The position numbers and the translations under genes were made by a program. From Camelus ferus (taxonomy: Eukaryota), in the NCBI RefSeq assembly GCF_009834535.1, contig NC_045707.1, positions 56,236,001-56,300,000 on the forward strand: a stretch of DNA of 64,000 bases. Direction: 5' to 3'. Below the pieces are notes generated by a model. It saw nothing but the letters and a program-made list of their open reading frames with translations. It was not told the origin of the DNA and did not search any database. Below are positions 26,841 to 39,295 of this stretch, piece after piece; the first letter of the stretch is position 1, and every line of letters begins with the position of its first letter.

Positions 26841-27600
26841 ATTTTTGTTAGTTTCCAGTAACTTGCACCTGAAAAATCTGAATCTCAGAACTAAGTTACA
26901 AAACGAAAAAGAAAAGCATCTCAGACTGGAGTCCCTGGGTCCCTGCAACCTTGGTAGACTTCTGAACAAAGCGCCTAATCAGAACCTCTGAGGGTAAGCC
27001 TCTAGCATCTCACTCTTACACTGTTCCCAAGTCACTTCAATACACAGCCTCTGGGGGTTAGTGGTCTAGGAGAAGGTCAATAACACCATGACGGACTTAC
27101 TGGCATTGCTGGCCTGGTATCCCTCTCTCTCCCGGTGCAGCCATCTTGATTTCCTTCTGGGGAACCATGCTCCTCCACTGACAGCCAATAGCTCAGAAGG
27201 GGCTGACCCCAGGCAGCCTGCTCTAGGGGGAGATAAGTAACCCAGGCTTAGTCAATTCATGGTGATTGGTTCAGGGATAGGTAACCAACCCAAACTAGCT
27301 CAATAAGGCTGAACTGCAACTCTTGTTAGAACTGTGGGTGAAAAGATGCATTCTTTCCCTGGGATTTCACTAGGCTCAGCCACTAGAATCACTAGGTTAG
27401 CCTGGGGAGCAGGGGCACCTACAGGATGCTGAGCTGAGTGTGAAGTCAATTCAGAGGAAAGTAGAACAAGAGTGGGTGAAAGGGACAGAGTGAGTGAGAG
27501 AGTAAGAGCGCTAGAGCGAGGATCGTGTGGCATTACTTGAGACCCTGAATCCACCTGTGTCTGAACTGGATTGGCCCTAGGACTTTTCAGAGCCACAGTG

Positions 27601-28033
27601 TGTCTTAGTCTGCTGGAGCTGCCATAACAAAATACCATACACTGGGGGCCTTAAGCAATATAAACTTATTTCTTATAGTTATGGAGGCTGGGAAGTCCAA
27701 GAACTAGATACAAGCAAAGTAGATTTTACTCGAAGACCTCTTCTCTTGGTTTACAGGCAGCCTCTATGCTCTTGTGTGTGTGAGAGAGAGAGGAAGAGAG
27801 AGGAGGAGAAAAAAAAAGTGAAGGAAGAGAAGAAGAGTGGGGGAGATGGGAAGGAGAGAAAGATATATGGTGTCTAATTCAAAGGTCACTAATCCTACCA
27901 CATCAGAGCTCTACCTCTTTGACCTTAATTCTCTCATTATAAGCTCTCTTTGCAAATATGGTCACCGGGGGGGGGGGGGGTCAGGGCTTCAACATACGGG
28001 CTTTGGGGAGGAGACAACATTCAGTCCACAGCA
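27601..28033 (-). mobile_element. MLT1A/MST-like MaLR LTR nested in an older MLT1 LTR (~27050-28130)
   Basis: tgtcttagtctgct..gctgccataacaaaataccata..ggaggctgggaagtccaag..ttcagtccacagca. Confidence 0.7.
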
Positions 28034-29384
28034 TGATACAATGAATTCCCTCTCTTGTTTTCCCTGAAGGCACTGGGTTGGATTTTCAGTCATTTAAAAT
28101 GACGAGTTCCAAGCGCTACACAGTCACTGCTGTTGAGTCCAGCACTCAGCTCATTCCATGTCTGTCCTCATGAGTGTGTCCACCTTGCTAAGCAGACTAG
28201 GGTGGAGGGCAGCAAAGCCTTTGGGATAGAACAGACCATCCAGTGGGGTGCTTCAGTGCATGCCCTCTGGAGTCTGACCCCTTAGCTTTGAATTCTAGCT
28301 CTGTCATTCACTTAACCTCCCTCTGGGTGAGTGAACTCACCTGTGAATAGTACAAAGTCCCTACCTCTGAGTTATTATGAGGATTTGATGCATTTATCAA
28401 CTGCCTAAAACAGTGCCTGGTGCTGTGCTACACAAATGTTTGTTAAATACCTACACAGACCTGCCTTAAATCTCTGCTTGTGCATTTATTAGTGTGTGGC
28501 TTTCACTTTGAACTTGAGTATATATTTAACTTGGAACTACTTCATAGATTTATCCAATTCATCTATTTTTCTCTCTTTACTTCAGAAAGCATCAGCTATC
28601 TAATGCTCAAATGTAATTATATGGAAATGACAGTTGTGCCCAAATGAGACAGAGTAATTTAGACGAGCATTTGGTAACAGTGCGCTTCACAATTCTTAAG
28701 AAATCTGCTGCTGAAAAAAATACCAAGGTAAAGTGGAAGTCTACCAGGAGTTGTGTAAGTAGCAATTACTTAGACAGATTACTTTTCTAAGAAACTTTCT
28801 GTAATGGAACAAACCTTAGGCCGCCTGTTAAAATTATACTCTGTATTAAAAATAAAGACCAGAAAGTAGAATGGATTGCCTCCTTCAGACTTGTTTAGTC
28901 GAAGCAGGGGTTTGTTCAAAGTCAAGGTTCTACCTGACTTTAGATGAGATTTGTATCATGGAATTTCACATCAAAGATTCTCCTGAACTGTTGGCTTGAG
29001 TTAGGAAACGAAGGTGATAATTGTGGGATTTCACAGCCAGATTCACATTAAAAATTAAATTTTTCCATTTTGCCCAAGTTGGTGAGTCTCAGAAGCAGAT
29101 TTCTCCTTACCAGAGAAATGGATTCCCATCCCAAATAACCAGACTATGAAAGATATTACAGTTTTTGTTTCCAATATGCATTCAAAATTTTTTTCTATTT
29201 TAAAATTATTCCTATAAAGTTAAACAATAAAGATATGTTTAAAGGAAAATTTAAATAATCTTTCATTCACCACTTCCCCCTCTAGTCTTTTATCTGCCTG
29301 AGGTAACTAATATCATCAGTGTACTTGAATTTTTAGTGAAAGTGGAATGATATTGTACACATTAGTCTTTGCCTTGCCCTGCCC

Positions 29385-29457
29385 CTTTTCTTCCTTCCTT
29401 CCTTCCTTCCTTCCCTTCTTTCATTCTTCCTTTCTTTCCTTTCTTCCTTCCTTCCTT
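29385..29457. repeat. (CCTT/TTCC)n pyrimidine-rich simple repeat
   Basis: Direct reading of the sequence. Confidence 0.9.
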
Positions 29458-30108
29458 TATTACTGGTGTGATTAACATCCCTCCTCCAGGACAGTACATG
29501 TAGCTCAAACACGTTCTTTACATAGTGGCGTAAAATTTTAAGTAAGCTACACCAGATTTTATTCACCAGACCATTTAAGGTTTTTTTTTTGGACTATATT
29601 TTTGTCACCAACAAGAACATGTCAATACATTTTTGCATGTTCTTACATTGACAAAAACATGAAATGAGATTTCTCTAATGTGCAGTTATTTTAGGGTAAT
29701 TCCAAGATGATATCACATCCCTCCGAAACAGTAAAAGGAGATAATGACCTTTGTGGACATGGGATTTTGAAAATCAACATGTAAGGAATAAATTTAAACA
29801 ATTTAGGTCATGACTTATCCCATTCACTTTTGCAATGAGGTGCTTGTTGCAGTCAACCTTTAGAGGTCATTTCTAGATCTGTACAGAAGATCCTGAGTCT
29901 CAGTCCTCACTGGAAGGCCTTGGGTAGTTTCTCAAATGTGGTCCTAGAGCCTGACCAGTGGGGATTACACACATGTTCACAGTAAAGATTCCATTGCTCA
30001 CTGCCCAGAGAGTTTCATTAGTGGGTTTGGAATGGGACCCAGGTAGCTTCCTAGTTCAACAAAAAATTCCCAGGTGGAATTCCTGGGTGAAAGGACTTGG
30101 GACTAGAT

Positions 30109-30415
30109 CAGGGGTCAGCCAAATTCAGCCTTCCACCTGTTTTTTACGGCCCATGAGCTAAGACTGGTTTTTACATTTTTAAATGGTTGAAGAACAATCA
30201 AAAGAATAATAATATTTCATGATTTGTGAAAATTTAATGCAATTTAAAATTTCAGTGTCCATAAATGCAGTGTTACTGGAACACGGCCACACCCATTCAC
30301 CCCACACCTGGGGTGCCGCAACAGCAGAGCTGAGTAGTTGCCACAGAAACCATATGGCCACAAAGCCAAAATATTTACAGTCTGGCCCTCTACAGAAAGA
30401 GTCTGCCAACTCCTG
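30109..30415 (+). mobile_element. MER58-type hAT-Charlie DNA transposon, adjacent to a MER5-like remnant (~29925-30100)
   Basis: TIRs CAGGGGTCAGC..GCCAACTCCTG and an 8-bp TSD GACTAGAT/CACTAGAT. Confidence 0.8.
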
Positions 30416-30560
30416 CACTAGATGATCTCTCAGGTTCCTGTCATTTCTGAGTGTGTTTTATTCACTGTATCATTTACTGAGTTCAACATGCAAATACACT
30501 GCCAAACTCTAGAGCCTGTGCAACCCCAAAGAGGTAGGTATGGGTGCAGGCCAGACACCA

Positions 30561-31030
30561 TGTCAGCTGAGGGGGGCTGAAGGGGGATTCGAAGAGGTGA
30601 GCTGCCCAAACTGAAAAATGCGCAAGGAGCTGACATGTTGGGAAACAGACAGCGCAAGGAGCCGACATGGAGAGAAACAGCACTTTATTGCAGCACAAAC
30701 GGGTGGCGCGCAAGCGGCGGGTGGCGGCGGTGCCGGCGCTCAGCACTTTCTTCTAGTTCAACAAGATGGTGCCGCCCGCATGGCACACTTGTCCTGCTTT
30801 TATTTATTTTGCTCGCACATGTGCATTGTTCATTTCTTTGTTCATACTGCTTACATAATGCTACTAGCGCATGCGCGTACCTTTACTGCTTTGTTCATAA
30901 GGCTTACATAACTGGCGCATGCCTACATTTACTCCTTACCAGGTGCAAGCTATTGTGAACTTTGGCCCGGGCCCCATGCCTATTCACTTAAGGCTGGACC
31001 CCATGGCCTACTTACCTAAGGCTGCTGACA
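30561..31030 (-). mobile_element. Young CpG-rich ERV solo LTR (470 bp)
   Basis: Perfect terminal inverted repeats TGTCAGC...GCTGACA, perfect 5-bp TSD CACCA (30556-30560, 31031-31035), minus-strand AATAAA at 30684-30689 and a TATA-like AT run at ~30798-30810. Confidence 0.85.
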
Positions 31031-31119
31031 CACCAGGATGAGTTATAATCCAGGAGGTGATGGGAGCCACACAGACTAAATTATAAATCAGCACCATCAG
31101 AAAGTGAATCATTACTGCA

Positions 31120-31375
31120 ACAGCTAATCCTTCTGTGGTACCTTACAAGCACCAGGCCCTGTTTCCAGTGCGTCCCATATACTGACTCATGGAATCCCTA
31201 CGACAACTCTGTGATCTAAGATAGGTATCATCTTTATCCTCCTGTTACAATTGAGGAAACTGAGGCCTGGAGAAAGTAAGTAACTTGCTTAAGGACACAT
31301 TATTATAAGGAGTAGAGTGGAAATGTGAACCCAGGCATTCTACCTGCAGGATCCAGGCTTAAAAGCACTGAGCCA
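31120..31375 (-). mobile_element. MIR
   Basis: ..tcctgttacaattgaggaaactgaggcctggagaaagtaagtaacttgcttaagg.. is the MIR core. Confidence 0.75.
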
Positions 31376-32988
31376 TTACTGCAAGAGATAAGGTAAAAGT
31401 AATTTAAAAGTAAAAATCACTATGTTTGGATTCGGATCTCAATTCCAATTTGAAAGTCAGTTGAGTGGGACATTACCCTCTGATGAACATTACCTCACCT
31501 TTTTACCCAGGGTCACAAGGTCAAATATCCTCAGGGCCAGGTGGGAACATCACTGAATGAGGAACGCTGCCTTCTCAAACCAAGTTCCTTTTCTTCCTAG
31601 GAAGAGCCTGGTGGAAACAGCCTTTTCATCCCAGAGAAACAGCTGTGTAAGGCGAGATGGTAACTAGTATTTGCAGGGTAAGGAAGCAGTCATGTACGGG
31701 GGACACTGGATACAGCCAGAGAGGGCGTGCCCCATTCACAAAGGACCCGCCCATCATCTCTAGATTACTCTGATGTGTAGAAATGAGAGCAGTTAAGATT
31801 TTGGTTGTGCAATCTTCCAGTAGTTCAGAGTTCAGCAATTAATTCAAATACTAAATAAACAAACCAACACAGAAAACACGCCGTCTGGGCCAAACAAAAT
31901 AAGACTTCAAGCCACCAGTGAGGGACCCATGCTTTAGTAATCTTCTCTTTAGGCTAAATCATCTTAATTCCAAACCTTTCCAAATGGATCTCTAGGCCCA
32001 GACCTTTCATCAGAATTATGGCCGCCCCCTTGAACGGATGCCAAGCTTTGCAGTCATCTGTATTTGGTGGGAGCTACATAGTTCCTTCCAGAAGTCGGAG
32101 TCCCACCTGGCAGTTGGTTATGCGGTGATCAATCCTAATGCCCTCCTCGTGTATAAGAAATGTCTGCTTTATATTAGAGTAGACGCTCTTTACCAGGACT
32201 GGCAGCATTGATAAGTGCTTTTCCTTAATGGAAAAGCATATTTTCATAGCTTTTCCAGGAATATCTTGCTGCTTTTAATGGAAGCAGGATCCATTCCCTT
32301 AGTTAATCTTCAATCACACAATGCTTATTTCATTGAAGGTAACAGCTCACGCATACTCACTCATGGCCCACAAATAAAAGACCTTTTTAAAAAATTGAAA
32401 GAGCTTCAGAGTAGCGTAGACAACAAGGAAAACAAACAGAAAAATGCCGGCTGTTCAGCTCAAGTGAAAACAATGATGTTCGAACTGTAAACTTGAGTGA
32501 TAAACCACTGTAATAAAATGATTAAAAAACATTCATCATTCTGACAATCTGAAATCGTATTTAAATCACTCATTTTACTAAAAATCTACCTAAAGTACTT
32601 TCAGATCCCGTAGGAAAGAAATTTTTATGAAACAATATTTTAAAATATTTTTCCATGAGAATCTGTTCAGAAAAATAGTGCCTTAAATGGAATTCCAAAA
32701 TCAATAAAAATTTATTGCTCAATTTTGACGTTTATGTGTTCATGGACTTTGCACAAAGTAAGCATTATTTTGAATATTTTCAGTTACTTTAATATAAAGT
32801 ATCATAAATAAGGGACAAGTTGTCTTCAGAGGCCTGCTTAGGAGTTTGGAGTGTGAAAAACATGGCACTATGGCACTGGAAAACAATTCTCAAATGAATA
32901 CTAAATGATTAGATAGAAGCACAAACAGGACACTGAATTAAGAAATGTGAAACTTTGCAAAACATCAAACAGAAAAATCACAAAACAA

Positions 32989-33225
32989 TGTAGTATTCTG
33001 GATTAGATCATGAAACAAAAAAGACACTAGTGTGAAACGACGGAAATCGGAATAAAGTCTAGAGTTAATACTAATGTACCAATGTTGGTCCTTTTAGTTT
33101 TTACAAATGCATGGTATGAATGTCAGATGTTAACATTAGAGGAAACTGGATGAGATGTATATAGGAACTCTATGTTTGCAACTTTTTTGTAAACCTAAAA
33201 TTATTCCAAAATAAAAAGCTTATTT
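32989..33225 (+). mobile_element. L1MC-type 3' end with perfect 17-bp TSD
   Basis: ..gatgttaacattagaggaaactgg..ttgcaacttttttgtaaacctaaaattattccaaaataaaa. TSD GAAAAATCACAAAACAA at 32972-32988 and 33226-33242. Confidence 0.8.
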
Positions 33226-36200
33226 GAAAAATCACAAAACAACTGGTAAGTGTATCAATCTGTGCCCTTAAAGCATGTAACAGTATAGGGTAAGATGATA
33301 ACATTTACGTGCGGCAGTTAGTGCCATCTGTGTACGTACATGTGGGTGGTGTGTGTCAGTACATTGCTGGGGATGTGCGGACACAGCTAACCCACTTCCA
33401 TCTTCTCCTCAGTTGACAGCCTGCTACTCAAAGTGTAAAAGGACAGAAATGAGGGTGGAGAGTGGGTTTCTGAACATTCTACTAATAAAAATAAATATTA
33501 AAATATATTAATAAAATACATTAATTATATTTATATAAATTTAGGAATCCCTGTGTTAAAAAACATAGGTCATCATAACTGGACAATTTTAAACTTTGGC
33601 TTTTTTGGGTGTTTTTGTTTTTTTTAAAAAAACTGTTTTATGTCTCTTTGTGGTATCTTTAAATATGTACCAATGAAAAGGCTTATAGTTTGTTTCCAGA
33701 TTCTATAAAGCACACTTTACACTCATTTCTATCCCTTCACCAAAGAGGCTACATTGCCACAGGTCTCCCTTTTGCTGTACAGAACAGAGGCATTAATGAG
33801 GGGGAGTAGACATGGATCAGTATGTTAAAATAACTTAATAGGTCTGCTTTTGGCCAGGATGTAGTAGGTCATGGCAAGCCAACACTTTTGCTGCAACCAC
33901 CAAAAAAGGGGCAAATAACTACCAAAAAAGGCGCATATTTTAAAATATATCAGAAAATAAGGAAATAGTGTAAACAAAAATTCCAGGGGGAGGAGACCCA
34001 CTGTCTGAAATAAGCTGACAGTTGTTGGCCATCATTTTCCTTAGGGTCTGAGGATTGATCTTGTCCGAGGCAGAGAGCTTCTGCTGCGGGAAAGGGAGCC
34101 CAGCCAGTTTTTTAGCCTTCTTCTGCGGCTAGAGGGATCAAAAGGAAACGTGAAGGGTCTCAGTGATAGATGGTGACAGTGGAGCATCAGAAATTCAAGT
34201 AGAAAGTCGACTTGTGCCAAAAGACATTTTGATATGGTTGAGATCTCAAGAATCAGGATTAGGACACAGTGGTCCACCTGACACAGAGTCTACACAGAAA
34301 TGAAGAGTGGAGCCGGTGAGCAGATGGGACACAGCCCAGTCCTCCTACCTCATCACCTCTCACAACTCCAGCGGCTGGTTCTGCTCCTCTTCTACCTCTG
34401 CACTAGCACCAATTCCTGCATCAAAGGTCCGAGCAGACGGAAACCGTCAGAGGAGCACCGGGTTCAGGGCTGACGGGTTATGTAAGTGAACCAGAGCCAA
34501 GCTCCTTCCTGGAGAGCAAAGGAACCTTGGACGGAAGCATAGGATGAGCTCATCTACAGGTTTACCTTCGGGTGCTTCAAAGCTCCATGGTCCAGGAGGA
34601 AAATCTATGAGTCTATCCCCGATGTATTAAGACCTGATGACTGTGCCTGGCCTTCCACCCTCTGAGTCAAGTAGGTATGACTTCTTTTTTCTCTCAGGAA
34701 AGATGAACTGAGGACATTTTCCTTGAAGGGGCCAGAATCTTTCATTCTTACCAAGAGCTGCATTACAGAATCACAGCAGCAGCTCTGGGCTGCCAGCTGT
34801 GCAGAAGTGACAGAAAGCAACGCTGTAGCTAGTGATTCACAAGTGGAATCTTTCTGTGATAGATTCGATCACAATTAAAAATTTTGTTTTTAAACTCCAC
34901 TATTCTTGGCATTATTCCAGCATGTATTGCTCTAAGAAGCTGTAAAAAAGAATGTCAAATTCCAGTTTCCTGGTGCACTTCATCTGTCACCATAAAAATA
35001 CAGTTTAAACCAGAGTCAGCAGAAGGACTGGTTTCTGGGTCTGTTAACTTTAGTGAAATTGAAGAATTGAAACTCTATGTCAGGACCCTCGGAAATATTT
35101 TATCCCCTTTATTTCATCCTCATCTTGATGTATAATCAGCCGTATGTAACAGGTTAGGGTTTATTTATTGAAACAAAGCAGATATATGGTGCATGAATTA
35201 ACCTGTAAACAATTTCAGTTTGGTCTACTTGTCATTCAAGGTGTGTACTCAATTTAGAATGGTTTCTGCTCACTCAAGTCTCCCTCTCACATGCTTAGTG
35301 ATTAAATATTTAGATTTACATCAAGCACCTGACACCACCATAAAAAAGGCCACACTGAAAGGAACTACAAAGTGCAATTAAATACAATCTTGAGAAACAC
35401 TGCCAATATATGAGAAGACAGGATAGCATATATTTTTATTTTGTTTTATTTTGCCAATTATGTATATTGAGTTCACATAAATAAAAAGAAGCCACGTAAA
35501 ATCTTGATGGATTCTAAAAAATACTAGAAAGTGTTCTAAAAAAAATCTGTCAAAGCCTAGCTTAATGTGTATGACATTGTTTTGCTTAATAATGGCCTCA
35601 ATTTGAATTTTGATATAAAGAATTCATAGGAAATTAGGGCCATTTTAGGAGTTAATCTGTGGTAAGTTTTTCTGGTTATAAGGAAACATTAAATTTATAT
35701 GTTTTTATTCTTATAAAAATTCTAGTAGAGGAAAATAAAACACCAAATATCAATGTCATTAGCAAATATAACTTTTATCATTAGATGTACTACTAGTTTA
35801 CATACATAAAACAGATAGTGTAAGAATGTTTTATCTTTGAATGTAAATCCATTTAGAAATATCTAGATTTATTCATTTTTACACTGCTGTTTGCACATGG
35901 GTCAGCTGGAAAGTCTAAACAGTTGCCATGTATTAAAAATATAATACTAGTTGCAGATAATTTTTAGAACTCAATCTTTTATACCAGTTTAGATTCCCCT
36001 GTTACTTCCTTTCATAACACCCTTTTTATTTCCTTCATTTCATTTGTTAAATTATAATATGTGATTGAATTAAGTGTGTAATTTTTGGTATAGTGACTTC
36101 CTGTATGTTCTGGATTCCATGAGAGCTGGGACTATGTTTTCCTGCTCACTATGCTATACTTAACATTTAGTCCAGTGCTTAAAACATAGACGTGTTCAAA

Positions 36201-36240
36201 AAAGATGCTCTTAATGAATAAAGAACTGAATGATCTGCAC

Positions 36241-36655
36241 CAGGGGTGGGAAAGCTATGGCTCAACTCCAGCCTGCTGCCTGCTTTATATAGCCCATGAC
36301 TTAGGAATGTTTTTTCCATTTTTAAACAGATCTATTTTTCAAATGGTTGTATAAGTACCTCTGTAGTAACCTCAATTTTGCCTGTTGGCCCATAAATTCT
36401 AAAATCTTTACTATCCAGCACTACGAGGAAAAAAGTTTTCTGACCCTGATCTAGACCAGCACCATTCAATAGAACCACTGTGATGATGAGAGAGTTGTAG
36501 GTTTGTGCCATCCAGCAGGACAGCCACGGACCACCTATGGCCAGTGAGCACGTGAAATTTGTCCTGTGTGCGTGAGGGACTGAATTTTTTATTTAGTTTT
36601 AACTAATTAAAATAATCCCACATGGCTAGCAGCTAGTGTGTTAGAAAGCAGCAGA
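36241..36655. mobile_element. Adjacent MER58-like (36241-36448) and MER3-like (36457-36655) hAT elements
   Basis: cagggg..ctgaccctg termini; cagcaccattcaatagaac..ccacatggctagcagct. Confidence 0.65.
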
Positions 36656-37769
36656 CCTAGAGATCAAAAAGAATAAATCTCATGTAAATACAGCAGTTAT
36701 CTGGAGATCAAGAATATCTATGGAAAAAAATTAAAATATGAGCTAATTTAGCAGTTAGTTAGTCTTTCTGGTAAAAAAAAAAAAAGAATACAAAAATAAG
36801 CTAAATTATCTACCACCAGTTCATTAAAATAACTAATGTTATGACAATACTTTGAAAAGGCCCAAAGGTAAAAATTAATTCATTTAATTTGATAGTTACA
36901 CAGAGACTCATTTAAAATAAGTAGTGGTCCTTCCTTCTATGAACTGTGGATGAGAAAAGAACTCTTTTGGATAAGGTAGATAATGTTAATGCTCTATTAA
37001 ATAAACGAAGAGTTTTGCTTTTATGAGCATTTTAAAGCTTTTCTTTGCCTTATTGAAGGACACATCACTTATTTACAAAGAAATTCTTGAAATACATAGA
37101 ATCCTATTAAAGCAGAATGTTCTACAGCACAGTAGGAGAATATCAGATTAGCAAAAGCAGTGATATAATCTGATGATATCCCCAAATAGTTAGCATTAAA
37201 GTAGGTATTAAAGTGGTTTGAGAAGTGAAGATCCAAACTGCAACGTGAAGTTTATTAACACCCACATTCACATAAGATTTCAAGTCTTTAAGTTGAAGAT
37301 GCTCTTAGTAGGAAATTTGAATTATGTGCTATTTAGGATTGAAATTGCTTGCTGCTGTTATTTATAACACTTGAAATAAGTTTAAAAAATTAAAAATTGA
37401 AGCAATCTCCTTTTCTTGCTTATGCTGTTTCTGACATGTCTATGTATGAAATAGTATCTCCCTGAGTAAAACTACTTTGGCTGCCCTCTTTTGTTTCAAA
37501 TGATTTTATCATTAGGGAAAAATCTGAAATCACAGTGGACAAATAATCCCTTAATGCTTTTTCTGGCTAGCAAGTAATTTGTCAAAACAATCCAATTTCC
37601 AAATAACAAGCACACTCAATAAGACACTGAGCCAATACATCTGTTCCTCTCTGTATTCAGAGTATGGACAAATGCCTTTCATTTTGGGTTGAATTCTCTA
37701 ACTTGACAATTCAGCTCTAGCAACTAAATATCCTTTATAATTTCTCTTCGATAAAACTAGAATTTTATA

Positions 37770-39120
37770 GAAGTCAGGTTTTATTGAGATATAACTCACA
37801 TGCAGTAATATTCACCTTTTTAAAGTGTATAGTTTAATAAATTTTGCCAAACATTGTCTGTTCACCACTCAAATTAACATGTGGGACATTTTCATCACCC
37901 TAGAAAGTTCCCTATGCCCCTTTGTAGACAATCTCTCCCTTTACCTGTAGCCCACTGGTAACCAGTGATCAATCTGTTTCTACCATTTTGACTTTTCTAG
38001 AATGTCATATAAACACAGCATGTAGTCTATTGTGTCTAGCTTATTTCACTTAGCCATTTACTATAATGCTTTGGAAATTCATCCATGTTGTTGCTGATGT
38101 CAGTAGTTCATTGCTAGGTGCTGCTGAGAAGTATGCTGTTGTATGAATATACCACAGTATCTTTATCTGTTTTTCTATTGATGGACTTTTGGCTGCTAAG
38201 AATAAAGCAACTATTAACATTTGCTGTACAAACCTATGTTTTCATTTCTCTTAGGTAAATATCTATGAGTAGAACTGTTGGGTCATATAGTAAGTAGGTT
38301 TAACTTTATAAAAATCTGTCAAGTCATTTTCCAAAATAGCTATCATTTGCATTTCCATCAGCCTTCTTTAGAGCTCCAGTTGGTCTACGTTGTCTCCAAC
38401 AGCCAGTATCATCAATCCTTCTAATTTTAGCCATTCTAAAGGATGTGTATTGGTTCTCTCCTTTTAATTCATATTTTCCTGATGATTAATGATATTGAAT
38501 ATTTTTGTATTTGTTCATTGCTGTTTGTATCTCTTCTTTGGTGAAAAGTGTGTGTAAATTTCTTGCCTCTCTTTTTACTGAGTCTGACTATTTATACTCT
38601 ACCTACAAGCTTTTTATCAGGTATGTGCTCTGCAAATATTTCTTACCAATCTGTGTTCTGCTTTTCATTTTCTTAACAGTGTCTTTTGAAGAGCAGACAT
38701 TTTAAATTTGATGAAGACCAATTTGTCAAATTTTTTGCTTAAGGTGTATGTTTTTTATGTCCTAAGGAACATTTCCTTAACCAAAGGTCATAAATATTTT
38801 CTCCTACATTTTATTTTGATTTTTCTTTTTAATTTTCACTCACATATTTAGGCCTAAAATCCATTTCAAGTAACTTTTTGTATGTGATATGTGGTAAAGG
38901 TTGAAATTCTTTTTTTTTTTCTTTCATTTTGATACCTAATTGTTTAATTGTTAGCACCACTAGTTAAAAAGAGTATTTTTCCCCATTAAATAGCTTTGAC
39001 ACCTTTGTCAAAAATCAACTGACTAAATATGTATGGGTCTGTTTCCGAACTCATTAGTTTGTTCCATTCATCTGTGTAGCTATCTGTAAATAGATACCAT
39101 ATTGTCTTGATCTATAGTTT
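37770..39120 (-). mobile_element. Old L1 (L1MB/MC-like) 3' portion, antisense
   Basis: Antisense L1 3' UTR and ORF2 motifs (tttattgagatataactcaca..ctttgtcaaaaatcaactgac). Confidence 0.8.
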
Positions 39121-39133
39121 TATAGTAAGTCTT

Positions 39134-39295
39134 CATTTTATTTTTTAAATTTTTGGGTGTTTTGTCTGTTTGTTTTGGAGGAGGGATAATTAGGTTTATT
39201 TGTTTGTTTGTTTATTTTTATGGAGGTGCTGGATTGAACCCAGGACCCCCTGCATGCTAAGCATGCACTCTACCACTGAGCTGTATCTTCTCCCC
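39134..39295 (-). mobile_element. Camelid tRNA-Ala-derived SINE (Vic-1-like) with perfect 13-bp TSD
   Basis: Reverse complement of the SINE head. TSD TATAGTAAGTCTT at 39121-39133 and 39296-39308. Confidence 0.92.

Noticed and set aside
27967..27980. G14 homopolymer as a functional G-quadruplex
   Set aside because: It lies in a G-rich part of a MaLR LTR and is probably slippage or base-calling length error.
30619..30680. Direct repeats resembling a CRISPR-like repeat-spacer array
   Set aside because: Only two adjacent imperfect copies without spacers, inside an LTR in mammalian DNA.
30430..30958. Overlapping GC-rich ORFs (75-107 aa) suggesting an exon or CpG-island gene
   Set aside because: They are explained by the solo LTR with TIRs and TSD, and I recognise no protein similarity.
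33480..33545. AT-only palindromic patches (also ~6140-6210 and ~40110-40170)
   Set aside because: Low-complexity AT sequence, where self-complementarity is expected by chance.
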